A stretch of 64,000 bases of DNA from Eledone cirrhosa (Eukaryota). The notes under the pieces are model-generated. The model had not been told where the DNA came from. It saw only the letters and a program-made list of their open reading frames with translations, and made no database searches. The stretch spans positions 104,470,001-104,534,000 of the forward strand of contig OZ024742.1 in NCBI GenBank assembly GCA_964016885.1, written 5' to 3'. Position 1 is the stretch's first letter; the number at the start of each line of letters is the position of its first letter. This document shows positions 12,260 to 24,556 of the stretch, piece after piece. The position numbers and the translations under genes are program-made.

Positions 12260-12398
12260 GGCGGTAAAAACCAGTTAGACCATTACTCACTAGAGATACT
12301 TGGGATAGTAGAGTGGGTAATATGAAATATTCGGGACCCCGACGGCTGAGCCCCAGCCGTTTCAACAGCTAGATCTGTTAAAGTCCCGAATTTTTCAT
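12260..12398 (+). mobile_element. TA-embedded hairpin element, family X1
   Basis: 'tacttgggatagtagagtgggtaata...gaccccgacggctgagc...gccgtttc' is homologous to the reverse complement of 9504-9610. Confidence 0.7.
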
Positions 12399-12506
12399 AT
12401 ATATATATGTATTATGTTAAGGTATCAATACATACATACATAATATGTATGATGATTGTTTCTCAATAAAAAAAAGTTCAATGGACCTTGGTTCAGAGCA
12501 TAAATA

Positions 12507-12583
12507 ATTCAAATTAAAAGGTATATGTATATATAAAGAACCATGGTTCTCTCTATATACATATCTATCTTTTAATTTGAATT
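12507..12583. repeat. Imperfect 77-bp palindrome
   Basis: aattcaaattaaaag...gaaccatggttc...cttttaatttgaatt. Confidence 0.8.
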
Positions 12584-12823
12584 ATGTGTATGTGTGTGAG
12601 TGCAAAAGGCAAATAGAAATAACAAAAGCATACGACACAGTACAATAATTATAAGTTTTACGCTTGATATAGTAGGAAAAGAGTCTTATTCGTTGGATTC
12701 CTACATTGGATTTTCACCCTGGAACTGGATTTTACCTGGACTCTACCTGAACTTTCACTTCGGTATCTTTTCGGATCACTGTATTTTCTGATTACCTTTT
12801 GCTACATATATATATAGGATTTG

Positions 12824-12855
<32 letters not shown>

Positions 12856-12858
<3 letters not shown>

Positions 12859-13123
12859 AAAGTTCTATTTAAAATTGTTGGGATACAACAAGTAAATATT
12901 TTTATAACTGATATAAAGCACTCGACAAGTATTTGGAGTAGATATACGATATTAATAAATGGTTGCATTTTAAAAGGGTACGTCAAAGCTTATTTGTAAA
13001 ACTGTTATATATTGTATTTTGTCTGATGAAGGCATACCATAATTTAATTTGGTATCCCTGAAATATGTATAATTAAATAAATATGGTTTTATAAATATAG
13101 TTTCCATTTATTAATATCGTATA
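12856..13123 (+). mobile_element. TA-embedded Penelope-like fold-back element
   Basis: Leader motif at 12917-12941. A 20-bp inverted repeat (~12943-12962 / ~13104-13123) flanks a hammerhead fold, with (TA)n on both sides. Confidence 0.7.
13015..13079 (+). ncRNA. Type I hammerhead ribozyme
   Basis: Stem I tattttgt/attaaata; core CTGATGA (13023-13029); stem II agg-c-atacca/tggtat-c-cct; GAAA (13060-13063); short stem III ATA-tg-TAT; cleavage triplet AUA. Confidence 0.75.
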
Positions 13124-13386
13124 TATATATATATATATAGCGTATCTCTCTCTCTCTCTCTCTCTCTCACGAGAGAAAGAGAGAGAGACGATATATATAT
13201 ATAACAAATCCTACAGATATTAGCTACTAGCTTATAATCTACAAGTTTCGAAGATTTAAATTCACAAATTTTGTAGAAGATAAAAGGGTTGTATTCTAAT
13301 CAGGGTTTAAGCAATTTTTCTTCTCATACATTTCTTATCACACACATATACATCCATCTATCCATGTATATATATATATAAATGTA

Positions 13387-13438
<52 letters not shown>

Positions 13439-13524
13439 TATATATAATATGCCATGTGTATATGTCTAACTTTTAAAAATATTGGACCTCTGTCGAATGT
13501 TCTAGTTGCATGATTAACAGCCTG

Positions 13525-13557
<33 letters not shown>

Positions 13558-13559
<2 letters not shown>

Positions 13560-13910
13560 CCAAAGTTCATTGATTACTCAACGAATACAGTTTTACAATA
13601 GTTTAGAAGCACTCAACAGTAGAGTTTTCCTGGAGTTTTTAATATTATTCAAAATGTTAACAAATGAAAAATATTCGCATAATCAAAATATATACTTTAT
13701 TATATATATTTCAAAGGTACTGATTATATCAAATCATATATTGAATCATATATATGAATAATCAAGACCGTACATATATTTTGTCTGATGAGGATGTACT
13801 GAAAAAAAAAACAGCACAGTAACTTTGAAATATATATGTAATAAAGTACGAATCTAAATGATATGTATATATTTTGATTATGCGAATATTTTTCATTTGT
13901 TAACATTTTG

Positions 13911-13918
<8 letters not shown>
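13558..13918 (+). mobile_element. TA-embedded Penelope-like fold-back element
   Basis: Leader motif at 13608-13626. A ~55-bp perfect inverted repeat (13642-13696 / 13865-13918) plus an extension flanks a hammerhead fold. Confidence 0.75.
13777..13848 (+). ncRNA. Type I hammerhead ribozyme (partly decayed stem II)
   Basis: Stem I tattttgt/ataaagta; CTGATGA 13785-13791; stem II includes tactg/cagta; GAAA 13827-13830; GUA cleavage triplet at 13838-13840. Confidence 0.65.
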
Positions 13919-13949
<31 letters not shown>

Positions 13950-14247
13950 ACCCGTGCATGCATGGAAAAGCGCACGTAAAAGGGTGACGCCACTACATGA
14001 GAGTCAGTCTCTACGTGATAACTTGAGTGTTAGGAATAGCAGCCAAATATCCCTCAAAACGCACACTACCGCCGTAAATAGAGAAAAAAAAACATACTGG
14101 TTAATGTTGTCCTGGATGAAATATTGTTTTCTGTATAAACGACGAGAATGTCACAAATTGGTAAACTTTTGCTCATCGATCTGCTCAATCGGTAGTAAAC
14201 ATCAATAATATATATATATATATAGTATTAATGTTTACTACCGATTG

Positions 14248-14284
<37 letters not shown>

Positions 14285-15879
14285 ACACGCGCACACAACA
14301 ACATACATGTGTGAGTGCATTCGTGATAATACATTTGTATACAAATATTGCTGTGAACACACGTCGAGGTAATAAATAAAGTAGGAGATACATCCGAAGG
14401 TGCAGTGAGATCCAAAAGAAATCTTTACCCAAATTTAGACTCTAAATTAGAGTGAGGTAAGGTTTTTCTAGGTCTAAAAGCGTATTCGGGTGCCTTTAAT
14501 AAGCAAAAAAATGTACATACATATATACACGCGTGTGTTTACAGACACAATGTGTATAAATGCATATGCATCTATTCGTAGGAGAATATAACATTTTTTA
14601 TAGAAATGTTGTTACCTTTCCGTCGAAAGAAAAGTGGTGGTGGTGGTGGTGAGAAGAAGCAGAGATAACCAGAAAAAGTTTTCGCTTAATACCCTCTCCT
14701 TCGCACACCATACCACGAAAAAGGTTGGGGTGGAAACAGAGATAAAAGGGATGGGTGACTGAAAAAGGTGACGATAATAGTGAATGGTGTGAAAACGAGT
14801 GTTGGTAAGTGAAATTGCGGTTCAAATGAAATATATGTACAGGATCTTACCCAATTCTTTCGCTCCAAAAGTAAAGAAAGTTGAAACCAAGCCTGTATTG
14901 TATATATTCTCTCGTTATTTTACTCACTATAGTCAACAACTGGTCTGGTATATCAGTTAGAGTATGGTTACCCGCCCGAGCCTGGTGATGGACGTGACTA
15001 ACTCACTAGAACAACACTATTACCCTCTTTCCTTTTCTCTTTCTGGCTGTATCTCTCAGACAGAGTAGAAGGGTCAGACACTTAAACAGTAGCAGAAATG
15101 ACGCCGACGGCAGAGGGGGAGAAAAAAAAAGAGAGGAATGAAGTTACAGAGTAGTTAATGGAGATAGAGGAAGAAAAACGATGCTGGAGATAGCGTAAAA
15201 AGAAAAAAAATAATGTAGGCGATGGAGTCAGAAGGAAAAATAACAAATAAATGGTACGGTTGAAGGGAGGGGAAGAATCAAGAGGAAAAGGCAGAGGAAC
15301 CGGTTTAGAGAAGGGAGGTGGTGTGTAAAGCAGACGAAGCGGTGGAGGGCGATGGAATGAGAAGGGATGGGTGGTGGAGATAGAGGACCATGACGAGAGG
15401 GAGGGAGTGTATAGACAGAAATAAAGAAATCAATGAACGAAACATAAAGGAGAGAGAATATGAGAGACAGAGAAGGTGAAATGAAAGAAGGAGACAGAGG
15501 GGTATGCGGCAAGCTGAGTAGGGCGATGGTTGCGGTGTCGGTTAAAAACTTTTTTTTTAATGCAGACTGACAAATAGGTGAGTAAAAAGGCGGCAGTAGC
15601 ATTACTGAAGCAACCCTTAACAGCAACTTGGACAATAAGACGACCAAATGAGGGGGCCTACACACGGCCTCTGAACTTGTTAGAAATAGCATCCACATTC
15701 ACATACTTTACCATCTTAACAAAAAGATGCGATAGTCATAACTGGAATGTCTTTGATGACAGGCTCCGACCAGAGCAGACCTGAGACGTGACTGCTCAAT
15801 ATGTTGATTCTAATTGAACTTCGACACATCATTGGTAATCTATTCGTGACTTTATTGAAAGATTACTATCCTGGTATTT

Positions 15880-17345
15880 GGGACTCTTCTCATCTTCGCT
15901 CACTTATTCCTAAGAGGGTCATGGGGGCAGTGTCCTCAAACACTCCTTCCAGCGGATCCTGTCAGAAGCAACCGTCTCCAACTGATCCAGCTGGATCCCC
16001 AAGCGAGACCAGCTAAGCTCATGCATGTTATCCAACCATCTTGCTCGGGATCTATCCCTGGATCTCCAGCCAGTTAGTTTTGCCTGTAAAATTTGTCTAG
16101 CGATTCTTTCCAGAGACATTCTAACCACATGCCCATAGTATCGGAGCTGTGATCTCTCAATTCGGAGAAGTAGCGGCTCTACCTGGAGTGACTCTCTGAT
16201 ATCCGAGCTATGCACTCTATCGGGTAACGTTACTCCAAAGACCCTTAGGGGGAACCCCATTTCAGCCACTTGTATTTGCGATCGTATTCTTTCGGTCATT
16301 AGCCAAGATTCATGACCATAAGTAAGACTTGGTATGAATACCGAATTCAATAAAGCGAGTTTAGCATTTACACTTACCTCCCTTCTTCTGATTACCGAAT
16401 GCTAAAACTGGCGCATTACTGCACCAGCTCCTGCAATTCTTGCACTTAATTCAGCCCCTTGCATTCCATCACTCATGAACACGGCCCATGATAATTTAAC
16501 TTTCCCATTTGCTTCAGTCGAACTCCACTCACATGTAGAGTGCACTGCGCAACATTTAAGAACTGAAGCAGAAACTGCCGAGTTAAACAGTCTACACTCC
16601 GTTTCGACACCTCAATTTGCTCAGAGATTTATCTGAATTTTGATGCTATAGTATTCGTATACCTGATCCTGGCTTCCTTATCCATTAAAGCTTCTTACTT
16701 TATATTGTAGGTCGAGCTGAATCTGCCAATTTTGTGGGCTTCGTTGGTTTTAGATAGTCTCAAGTTGTAGATAACTAGATGGTGATCAGTTGACAGCTCA
16801 GTCCCTCTCTTAACATGAACATCTAGCACTGGATTGAAGAGGTCAGAGACAATAACAAAATCAATTATTGATCTCTTCCCCTGATTCCCCTTATACCAAG
16901 TATATTTATGGATGTCTTTGTGCTGAGAAAAGGGTGTTCATAATAGAGAACCCATTACTAGAACAGAAGTCTAATAAGGCCTCTTCATTCATGTTTACAT
17001 TGGGATCGCCGTTCCTTCCAATCATTCCTTTTCATGTCAGGTGGTCAGTACCAACATGTGCATTGAAGTCTCCCATTAGGGGATATGACTCAGTCTTACA
17101 TTTAACTACATCTAACGCTGTAGTGACTTCATGAAGGAAGGACATGTATTCAGACTCTTTGTTGGGTGCTTAAAATTGCACCACTACAGATACCTTTTAA
17201 CCTAAGCTTCAAGAGGCAAATCTTTCGTCCTAATGGGATCGAGTCCATAACACATTCTGATAGCCAAGGGTTGATGAGTATGCTCACCCCAGCTGTGCAC
17301 TCATTTCTGACACTACACCCAAATAGTGGAGTTTCCATCATCCAA
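15880..17345 (-). pseudogene. RTE-clade LINE, internally deleted: APE endonuclease (16770-17345) and RT C-terminus/3' end (15880-16560)
   Basis: Motifs 'AGVSILINP', 'MGDFNAHVG', 'TDHHLV' (APE) and 'LTYGHESW...QLRYYGHVVRM...RSRDRSRARWLD' (RTE C-terminus). Multiple stops and frameshifts. Confidence 0.92.
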
Positions 17346-17539
17346 CCAAATCTACAGTACCAGAGTGTTAGTGTTGTTTTTAGCGAGTTTAGCCTCCGTC
17401 GAGTAAACTTAAGTCGAAGATGTTTCAGCCGTGACCATACCTTACTTTTCCTAAATCTCTTGGGACTTCATTACCCAATGTGGTTTTTTATAAAAGGACA
17501 GTACTTTATGATTTGACCCAATTAAAAATGCCACGGTAT

Positions 17540-17755
17540 TTGTTTCGGCTCACTAGGGTCAACTTTGCCTTCAACCCTTTCGAGATCGATAAATAAAGTA
17601 CCAATCCAATATTGGGGTAGATTCTTTCCTTGGAAAAAATCGAATGTGTTCCAACCTGGGAAGGAATGGGCTTCACTGGAGTTAAAACGCTCAAGACACG
17701 CCATGTCTTGACAGGACAGCGCCTCTACAACTCCATTAGCAGTTAAGAGCCCTTT
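17540..17755 (+). mobile_element. SINE family C (family-A-type head and central domain, different 3' half)
   Basis: 'ccttggaa..aaatc..gtgttc..acctgg..gatgggct..ccagg..aaa.gc.caagacacgcc'. Further copies at ~19938-20190, 22520-22980, 24560-24860(-), 25645-25955(-), 35765-36090, 37775-38045(-), 49530-49755(-), 59150-59435(-), 60385-60565(-) and 60745-60980. Confidence 0.8.
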
Positions 17756-18208
17756 ACCTTACACTACGATTTGAGAGACGTTTTGTTATTTCTAACAGGG
17801 TGGGCGCCCCAGTTAGAGGCTGCCTTGATGGCTTGGTGGTGTAGTTAGTTGTAGGTCATTTGTGCCACTTTATATACAGGAAAAAAAAAACAGCTACCGT
17901 ATTATTTATTACTTTACAAACAGCAAACAAACACAGTCAGCCATGAAACAAAAGTGCGGTAGGAAGGGGAAAGCAAAGAAGCTTTGGTGAACAACGTGAG
18001 GTGAGATGTAAAACTATAGGAGATAAATAGATAGATGAATACATTCCGCTGGAGTACGAGAGAGGGGGGAATGAATACCTGATTTTTCTCTAGCAGACAG
18101 GCAGGAAGAGTAACATAGCAAGCTATCTCCCAACACATTTAACTTTTGTAACTATAAATAATATAACGGGGTACATAGAGGAGTGTTACATATGTGCGCT
18201 TGAGTATT

Positions 18209-18212
<4 letters not shown>

Positions 18213-18286
<74 letters not shown>
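18213..18286. repeat. (CA)n microsatellite
   Basis: ~37 perfect CA units. Confidence 0.98.
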
Positions 18287-18288
<2 letters not shown>

Positions 18289-18371
18289 GGAAGTTGTTAT
18301 GGACCTCACTATTATTTCTATGCCACTGGGTCAGACATGAAGGTCACAACCACTTATTATATGTTTTGTTG

Positions 18372-18410
<39 letters not shown>

Positions 18411-18502
18411 TTCTATATATATGTTTGGGGTGGACTTGTTACAAATTTAACCAATAAACATACACGCACTATTTGACCTTCACTTCAGCTTTATTACTAT
18501 TA

Positions 18503-18732
18503 GTTATTGGTTATTTCGTCAAACCTCTTTCGTCACACATTCTGTGACCTCTATGATTACTTGTTCTTCTTCTCTGTATCTCCTCTTCTTTCTGGTCTTA
18601 TTCCGTTTACTCCATCTTGATGCAGTAAAAACAGAATAAGACCAGAAGGAGTAGACACAGAGAAAAACAAAAACAATCATTGAGGAAGTCACAGAATGTG
18701 TGACGAAAAAGCTTTGACGAAATAACCAATAA
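18503..18732. mobile_element. Fold-back element with 45-bp inverted repeats
   Basis: 'ttattggttatttcgtcaaacctctttcgtcacacattctgtgac' versus 'gtcacagaatgtgtgacgaaaaagctttgacgaaataaccaataa' (2 mismatches). Confidence 0.8.
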
Positions 18733-18906
18733 TTAATTGTTTCTACTTTTGGCACAAGGCTAGCAATTACTCAATACATTACTGGTACTTTATTTTATCG
18801 ACCCCGTAAGGATGAAAGCCTCGACGGGATTTGAACTCAGATCGTCAAGAGACGTAACTATGCTGGAAAGCATGGCGTCCGACTCTACCTATACTGCCAA
18901 TCCACC
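18733..18906 (-). mobile_element. SINE A short form
   Basis: Reverse complement of family A with a small internal deletion. Confidence 0.88.
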
Positions 18907-19109
18907 AAAGCTGAAGTGAAAGTGAAATAGTGTGTGTGTTTTTTATTGGTAAAATTGGCAACATGACTATCTCCAAATATAACAATGTCTGTTTCAACAC
19001 ACGATTTCACATCAAGAATCTCGCAAAACAAATAAATAAACGCATATATATATATATCAACAAATACCCCCTGGGTAATGCAATTTCATGCATAACGGAG
19101 GAATTGTAT

Positions 19110-19314
19110 AATATTGGTTTCTCAAAGCCGACAATTTGGGGGGAGGGGAAAGTCGATTAAATCGGCCCCAGTGCGTGACTGGTACTTTATTTTATCGACC
19201 CCATAAGGATGAAAAGCAAAGTTAACCTCGGCGGGATTTGAACTCAGATCATAAAGGGCCGTAACTCTATGTTGCAAAGCATGGCGTCCGACCCTCTACC
19301 GATACTGCCAATCC
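19110..19314 (-). mobile_element. SINE A long form
   Basis: Contains the extra 'gggg(t/c)cgatttaatcgactttcccctcccc' segment. Other long-form copies at 21295-21435, 24272-24462, 33740-33892, 34905-35097 and an older one at 59715-59940. Confidence 0.88.
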
Positions 19315-19387
19315 AGGTTACACGACAGCCTAGAATAAGTCTAACCATTAAGCAACATAGGCACATGCTTAGGGTGCTAAGGGAAAG

Positions 19388-19578
19388 CAGACCTGCCAAC
19401 CAACCCAAACGGGGAGTATCGTGAAAAGAAAAGTTTCCCAAAACGGGGAGAAATGAGGCAAGATGGGGAGATTTTACATAATGAAAGTTATGCCCATTTT
19501 CACAAGAGAAGACATCTCTCACTCACCCCAAAGTGGTTGGGAGATCTCCCCGATGGACGGGGGGAGTTGACAGGTCTG
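19388..19578. mobile_element. DNA-transposon MITE with CAGACCTGCCAAC TIRs, copy 1
   Basis: TIRs cagacctgccaac / gttgacaggtctg. An inverted homologue is at 20194-20389. Confidence 0.8.
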
Positions 19579-20193
19579 GAAACGGGACACCAGAGTTTTG
19601 TTCCAGCGTTGGGTTCACCATAGTACAGCTGAACCAGGACCCCGCCAAAAGAATAGACCCACAAAAAAAATGAAACATATATACATATACTACATAAAAT
19701 AACAATAATTGTTATGGTTTCGTTTATATGCCAGAAGAGCCCGCTCATAGAATACAATAAATGTTACGGACCTAGGTGTTATAAGACATCATACAATAAA
19801 ACAAACGTATTGGAATTGGATCAGAACAAGAAAGAAGTAAAACATTTTATAAAACACAATAATTGAAGCTAAATGTAATATTATAAAACATGGAAAACAT
19901 TTAGGGCTATATAGTTTTGACAAGTGGTCAAAACCAACGTTGCCTTTCACTCCTTCGGGAGTGATAAAAAAATATCAGTCCAGTACTGGGGGTAGTTTTT
20001 CATCCATAGATTTTTTTCTCACTGCCACTATCACACACACACACACACACACACACTCCTTCTCTGGAAGAAAATGGCTGTGTTCAGATCTGGAGAGGGA
20101 ATGGGCTCCACCAGGTTTTAAATACCCTAGACATGCTATATGTCACTACGGCACACCTACGACTCCACCAGGAGTTACGGACCCATACATACA

Positions 20194-20389
20194 CAGACCT
20201 ATTAAATCCCCCCGTCCGACGGAGATATCTCCCATCCACTTTTGGGTGGATGAGATATGTCTTCTCTTGTAAAAATGGATATAGCTTTTCATTATGTAAA
20301 ATCTCCCCATTTTGTCTCATTTCTCTCCGTTTTGGGGCACTTCTTTTCATGATACTCCCTGTTTATGCTTTTAGAGGTTGGCAGGTCTG
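20194..20389. mobile_element. DNA-transposon MITE with CAGACCTGCCAAC TIRs, copy 2
   Basis: Reverse-complement homologue of 19388-19578, flanked by CATACA on both sides. Confidence 0.8.
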
Positions 20390-21782
20390 CATACAACAAA
20401 AAGCATTAGTTTGCATCTTTTGATTCATGTATCATCAAGGTTGGAAAATCAATGGATTAAAATGTTTCATTTCGTATTAATAATTATATTTCTTTTTTCA
20501 AAAATTGACCACCAACATCGGTTTTTGCAGAAAGAATTATTTATAATAAAGTTTTATATTTATATTTTCCCTTTAGAAAATAAATTAAAATGTGTTGAAA
20601 TGTTGTTATTAGTAACTAATTTGCTTATACTGCTTGCTATTTTGTGTTAAATACTATTAGGTCCTGGGCTACACGTACTGAGTGGACCTTAAGAACAAGG
20701 TTTAAGGAAAATTTAATATATTCTTACAAAGCTAACAAGAATCTAAATTCAAACATTTGGTTTGCGTAACCATTTGGAAACAAATTTCTCCAAATCATCA
20801 AATATATTCGAAATTCTTGAGAACATCGTTTCCGGTTACCATAGGAACAAGTCTATTTAGTGTTGCTCATAGCAATGTTGATCTGTGGGCATTCTTTAGA
20901 TGTTTCATCTTGAGGAAACTCCTCTCTCCATCTCTCTCCATTTGCCTTAGCATGAAACACAGGTATAGCTGTAGTGTTATTTTAACATTAGGAAATGAAG
21001 AAGTTAAGCTACTGTTTGCTACAAGGATGTAGATATAAGAAGCTTTTAATGTTCCATTCTAGAACATTGCCCAACATAAATGAAGAATTTTTGGCACAAA
21101 TTCAGGCTAACTGTTTCTTTATTGATAAAAACAATGTATATATATTTGTATAACATAATAAATTTTTTTTTTATCTATTTTTAAAAAGTGAAGATTCGCA
21201 CACTCAATCACATGCTACGATAAGGGGCGCTGGAATTTCCCTCTAATATTTTGTGAGGCAAAGCCAACACACTCACGGCATTATCGTATATTTGTATTCA
21301 AATCCCGTCGAGGTTAACTTTGCCTTTCATCCTTACGGAGTCGATAACATAAAGTACCAGTTACGCACTGGGGTAGATTTAATCGACTTTCCCTTCCCCC
21401 AAAATTGCTGGCCTTATGCCTATATAAGAAATCATTATCGTAAATTTGTGATGCTATCTGTATAGTGAATTCATTTATTTATTCATATTAATACATTTTT
21501 TTAATGTATTGATCTACTATTATCCAAAGTGGTAAACGTATACTACCAAATTTACCTGTAATATGAACCTTTGCCATGAGCATTATCGATGTATTAATTA
21601 ATAAAGATTTCTAACGCAGGTGTGCAATGCCACAATTTGTGGGCGGGACAGAAGGGCATCGGCTTGACTGGTAATTTATTTTATTGAAGATGAAGGAAAA
21701 CGATACTTATAGGTAGGTAAATTTAAGGGTTTCGTTTACATGTGAAAATAGCCAATAATCAGGATACTTAGATTGTTACGAT

Positions 21783-21945
21783 CAAGGTCGGATTAAGTCG
21801 TTTTGATGTTCTAAGCACTAAGAGAATATGGTGCCCTCCAATTTATTTTTAATGACAAATACACTTCATTCGAATAAAATGGTGCCCTTCTTCTCTCGAT
21901 GCCCTAAGTATGTGTTTATTTTGCTTAATTTTTAATCCAGCACTG
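21783..21945. mobile_element. hAT-like MITE
   Basis: TIRs caaggtcggattaa / ttaatccagcactg; imperfect 8-bp TSD gttacgat/gttacatt. Relatives at ~45845-45985 and ~46560-46755. Confidence 0.65.
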
Positions 21946-23697
21946 GTTACATTCATCTAATACAATCGTATTCAAGGAACTTGGTTCCAACTATAATTAT
22001 CGGTTAGTTTATAAAAGCAAAGAGTAAAGAAAAAAACTGTACTAAATGACTGCGGCAATTAGATCTTTAACAAGAATCTCAATCAATCAAACACTACAAT
22101 TCTTTCTTTTCTTTCTCTTTTTATTCTATCTTGTTTAAATCACTTCATAAAAAATAAATCTCTGCTCACCACGACACAATAAAAATAGTATTATATATTC
22201 TTCACCACAAAACCACTACGGAAAAAATGCAAAAGAGTTACAATCTATTCTACCCAGAAAATAGTCACTCTGTCGAGCTAACGCGCAAACGTCAACGTTG
22301 TCTCCCGGCCAACTAGACGTAGCAGCCAAATCTCCCTCAAAACACTTTTTAAAAAAAAGATACACTGGATAATGTAATCCGGAATAAATAACGCCAGAAA
22401 AAGGATGGGATGGTCATGGCATTTCATTAATATGTCTGCTTGATCAGGGCCGACCTGGGGGTTAAATGTTTATAATAAAATTAGACTAACGTGGTTTAAT
22501 ATCGATCATCATTGTATTGAAGGCGGCGAATTGGCAGAGTTGTTAGAACGTCGGATAAAATGCATTGCGGTATTCGTTCAAATCCCGCCGTGGTCGGCTT
22601 TGCCTTTCATCCATTCAAGGTCGATAAAAAAGTACCAGTTTAGTATTGGGGTCGATTCTTTCTCTATATTATTTCCTCATTTCCATTCTCTTACTCCCTT
22701 TCCTTCTCTGGAAGAAATCTGCTGTATTCGGACACGGAGAGGTGATGGGGATCGCCAGGCTTCCAAAATCACCAAAGAACGCCAAATATAGTAGTAAAAG
22801 AATACTGGGGTCAATGCTTCCTCTATATCTCTATCTCACTTCCTTTCTCTCACTTTCTATCCCTCTCTGAAAGAAATTTACTGTATTCAGACCTGGAGAA
22901 GAGATGGGCTCTGCCAGGTTTTTAAAATGTTCTAGAAATGCCATATGCACCTAGGACCCCTCAGGAGTTACAGGACCCTGCCATGCCATAGTAGGAAAAG
23001 AGTCTTAATGTTTCGGACGGTAGTGTTTCATCAAAAGATAGAATGAAAGAAATAAGAAGAAATAGAAAGATAGACGAACGATAGAGTCAGAAAAGAAAGA
23101 AAACGGAACCGGGAGTTTCAGGGAAGGGGAAAACACGTGTGTAGTTAGTCAGCTATAGTTACCTATATACACAATGTTTATAGTTACGTACACATTCACA
23201 TAGTCTAGGTTAATCCTCTACTTGATCTATGTTTATCGTCTGCTCAGTGCACTATTGAATGTAATAATATATCAGTCAGAGGCCAACAACAATAAATATT
23301 ATGAAAACATCGCACACAACATGAGACAATCACTCACTCATTGTCCATTTGAAATTCCCACCCCGTATCAACCATTGTACCACATGTGTTTCTACATAGA
23401 TCTCAGTCTCTCACTCTACAATTTACATACACACAATGTATTTCCTATATCAATCATGTTGCTACAATAAGTTCCCTTTCCACTCACAAGGTCCTGGGTT
23501 CTAACCCTACATTTATCCCCGTAACTAGTTATTTCTCCAAGGTTAACTCTTTGTACATACATGAACATTTATGTAATTATATCCTAGAAATAAATTATAA
23601 AAATACACATTTCCCAGGTTGTATAACTGTTCATATATCATGCAATCTTGGTATATAATGGCGTAGCAATCCTGAACTTCAAACATTAAATACAGTC

Positions 23698-23790
23698 GGT
23701 TGACTTTGCCTTTCATCCTTACGGGGTCGATAAAATAAAGTACCAGTAATGCACTGGGTAATTGCTGGCCTTGTGCCTAAAGTAGAAACA
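23698..23790 (+). mobile_element. 5'-truncated SINE A short form
   Basis: 13-bp TSD ATTAAATACAGTC at 23685-23697 and 23791-23803. Confidence 0.92.
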
Positions 23791-24170
23791 ATTAAATACA
23801 GTCAACACTTTTGACGTGATTATTGACGACACGAGCCCACTGGTATTATCAACCAGCAAATAAAATAGTCAGCCGGTTTGTGAGAGTTCAGCAAATGTAT
23901 CAAAAACTACTGAAGTCAACATGTTAATCTAAATAAATCTATCAGGAGAATACTTTAGAGAACATCAACGCCAACAGCAATGTCATTACAACATACAAAA
24001 CAAATCAGCTTAAGCTACAACAGAATCAATTTAGCTTAATCTAGTCAACATGCGGTAATGATTTAACAGAAAATGTCTGAAAAATAGTTGGTTAATTCAA
24101 ATGTTTAATAATATGTTTTCTAGTGGACAGATTGTTGTGAACATTTACAGTATTAGACTGTATGTATGTA

Positions 24171-24556
24171 CGAGGGTTGGCGGAAAAATTAATAGACTGA
24201 CCAATATACTCTCATGAGATTTATTTTTCAACATAGTCCCCGGAAAGAAACACTACAATTATTAATAAGAAAAGTAGATTGGCAGTATCGGTAGAGCGTC
24301 AAACATGCTTTGCAACATAGAGTTACGACCCTTTACATTCTGAGTTCAAATCCCACCGAGGTTATCTTTGCCGTTCATCCTTACGGGGTCGATAAAATAA
24401 AGTACCAGTGATACACTGGAGTCGATTTAATCGACTTTCCTCTCCCCACAAATTGTTAGTTCATTAATAAGAAGAGTTGAAATTAATACATGCAAATTTC
24501 ACAGCTCTAGCATCACTTCTTCATAGTCAGCTTATGAACTTTTCAGCCCACCTTCG
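24171..24556. mobile_element. mariner-like MITE split by a SINE A insertion (24272-24462)
   Basis: TA-CGAGGGTTGG...CAGCCCACCTTCG-TA ends. The SINE is flanked by the 11-bp TSD ATTAATAAGAA (24261-24271, 24463-24473). Confidence 0.85.

Noticed and set aside
14590-15720. Promoter or first exon in the purine-rich unique region (GTGAGT at ~15578)
   Set aside because: Only isolated donor-like hexamers; not supportable without transcript data.
15880-17345. Active autonomous LINE
   Set aside because: Most of the RT core is missing and the remainder has stops and frameshifts; no intact transposon ORF exists in the window.
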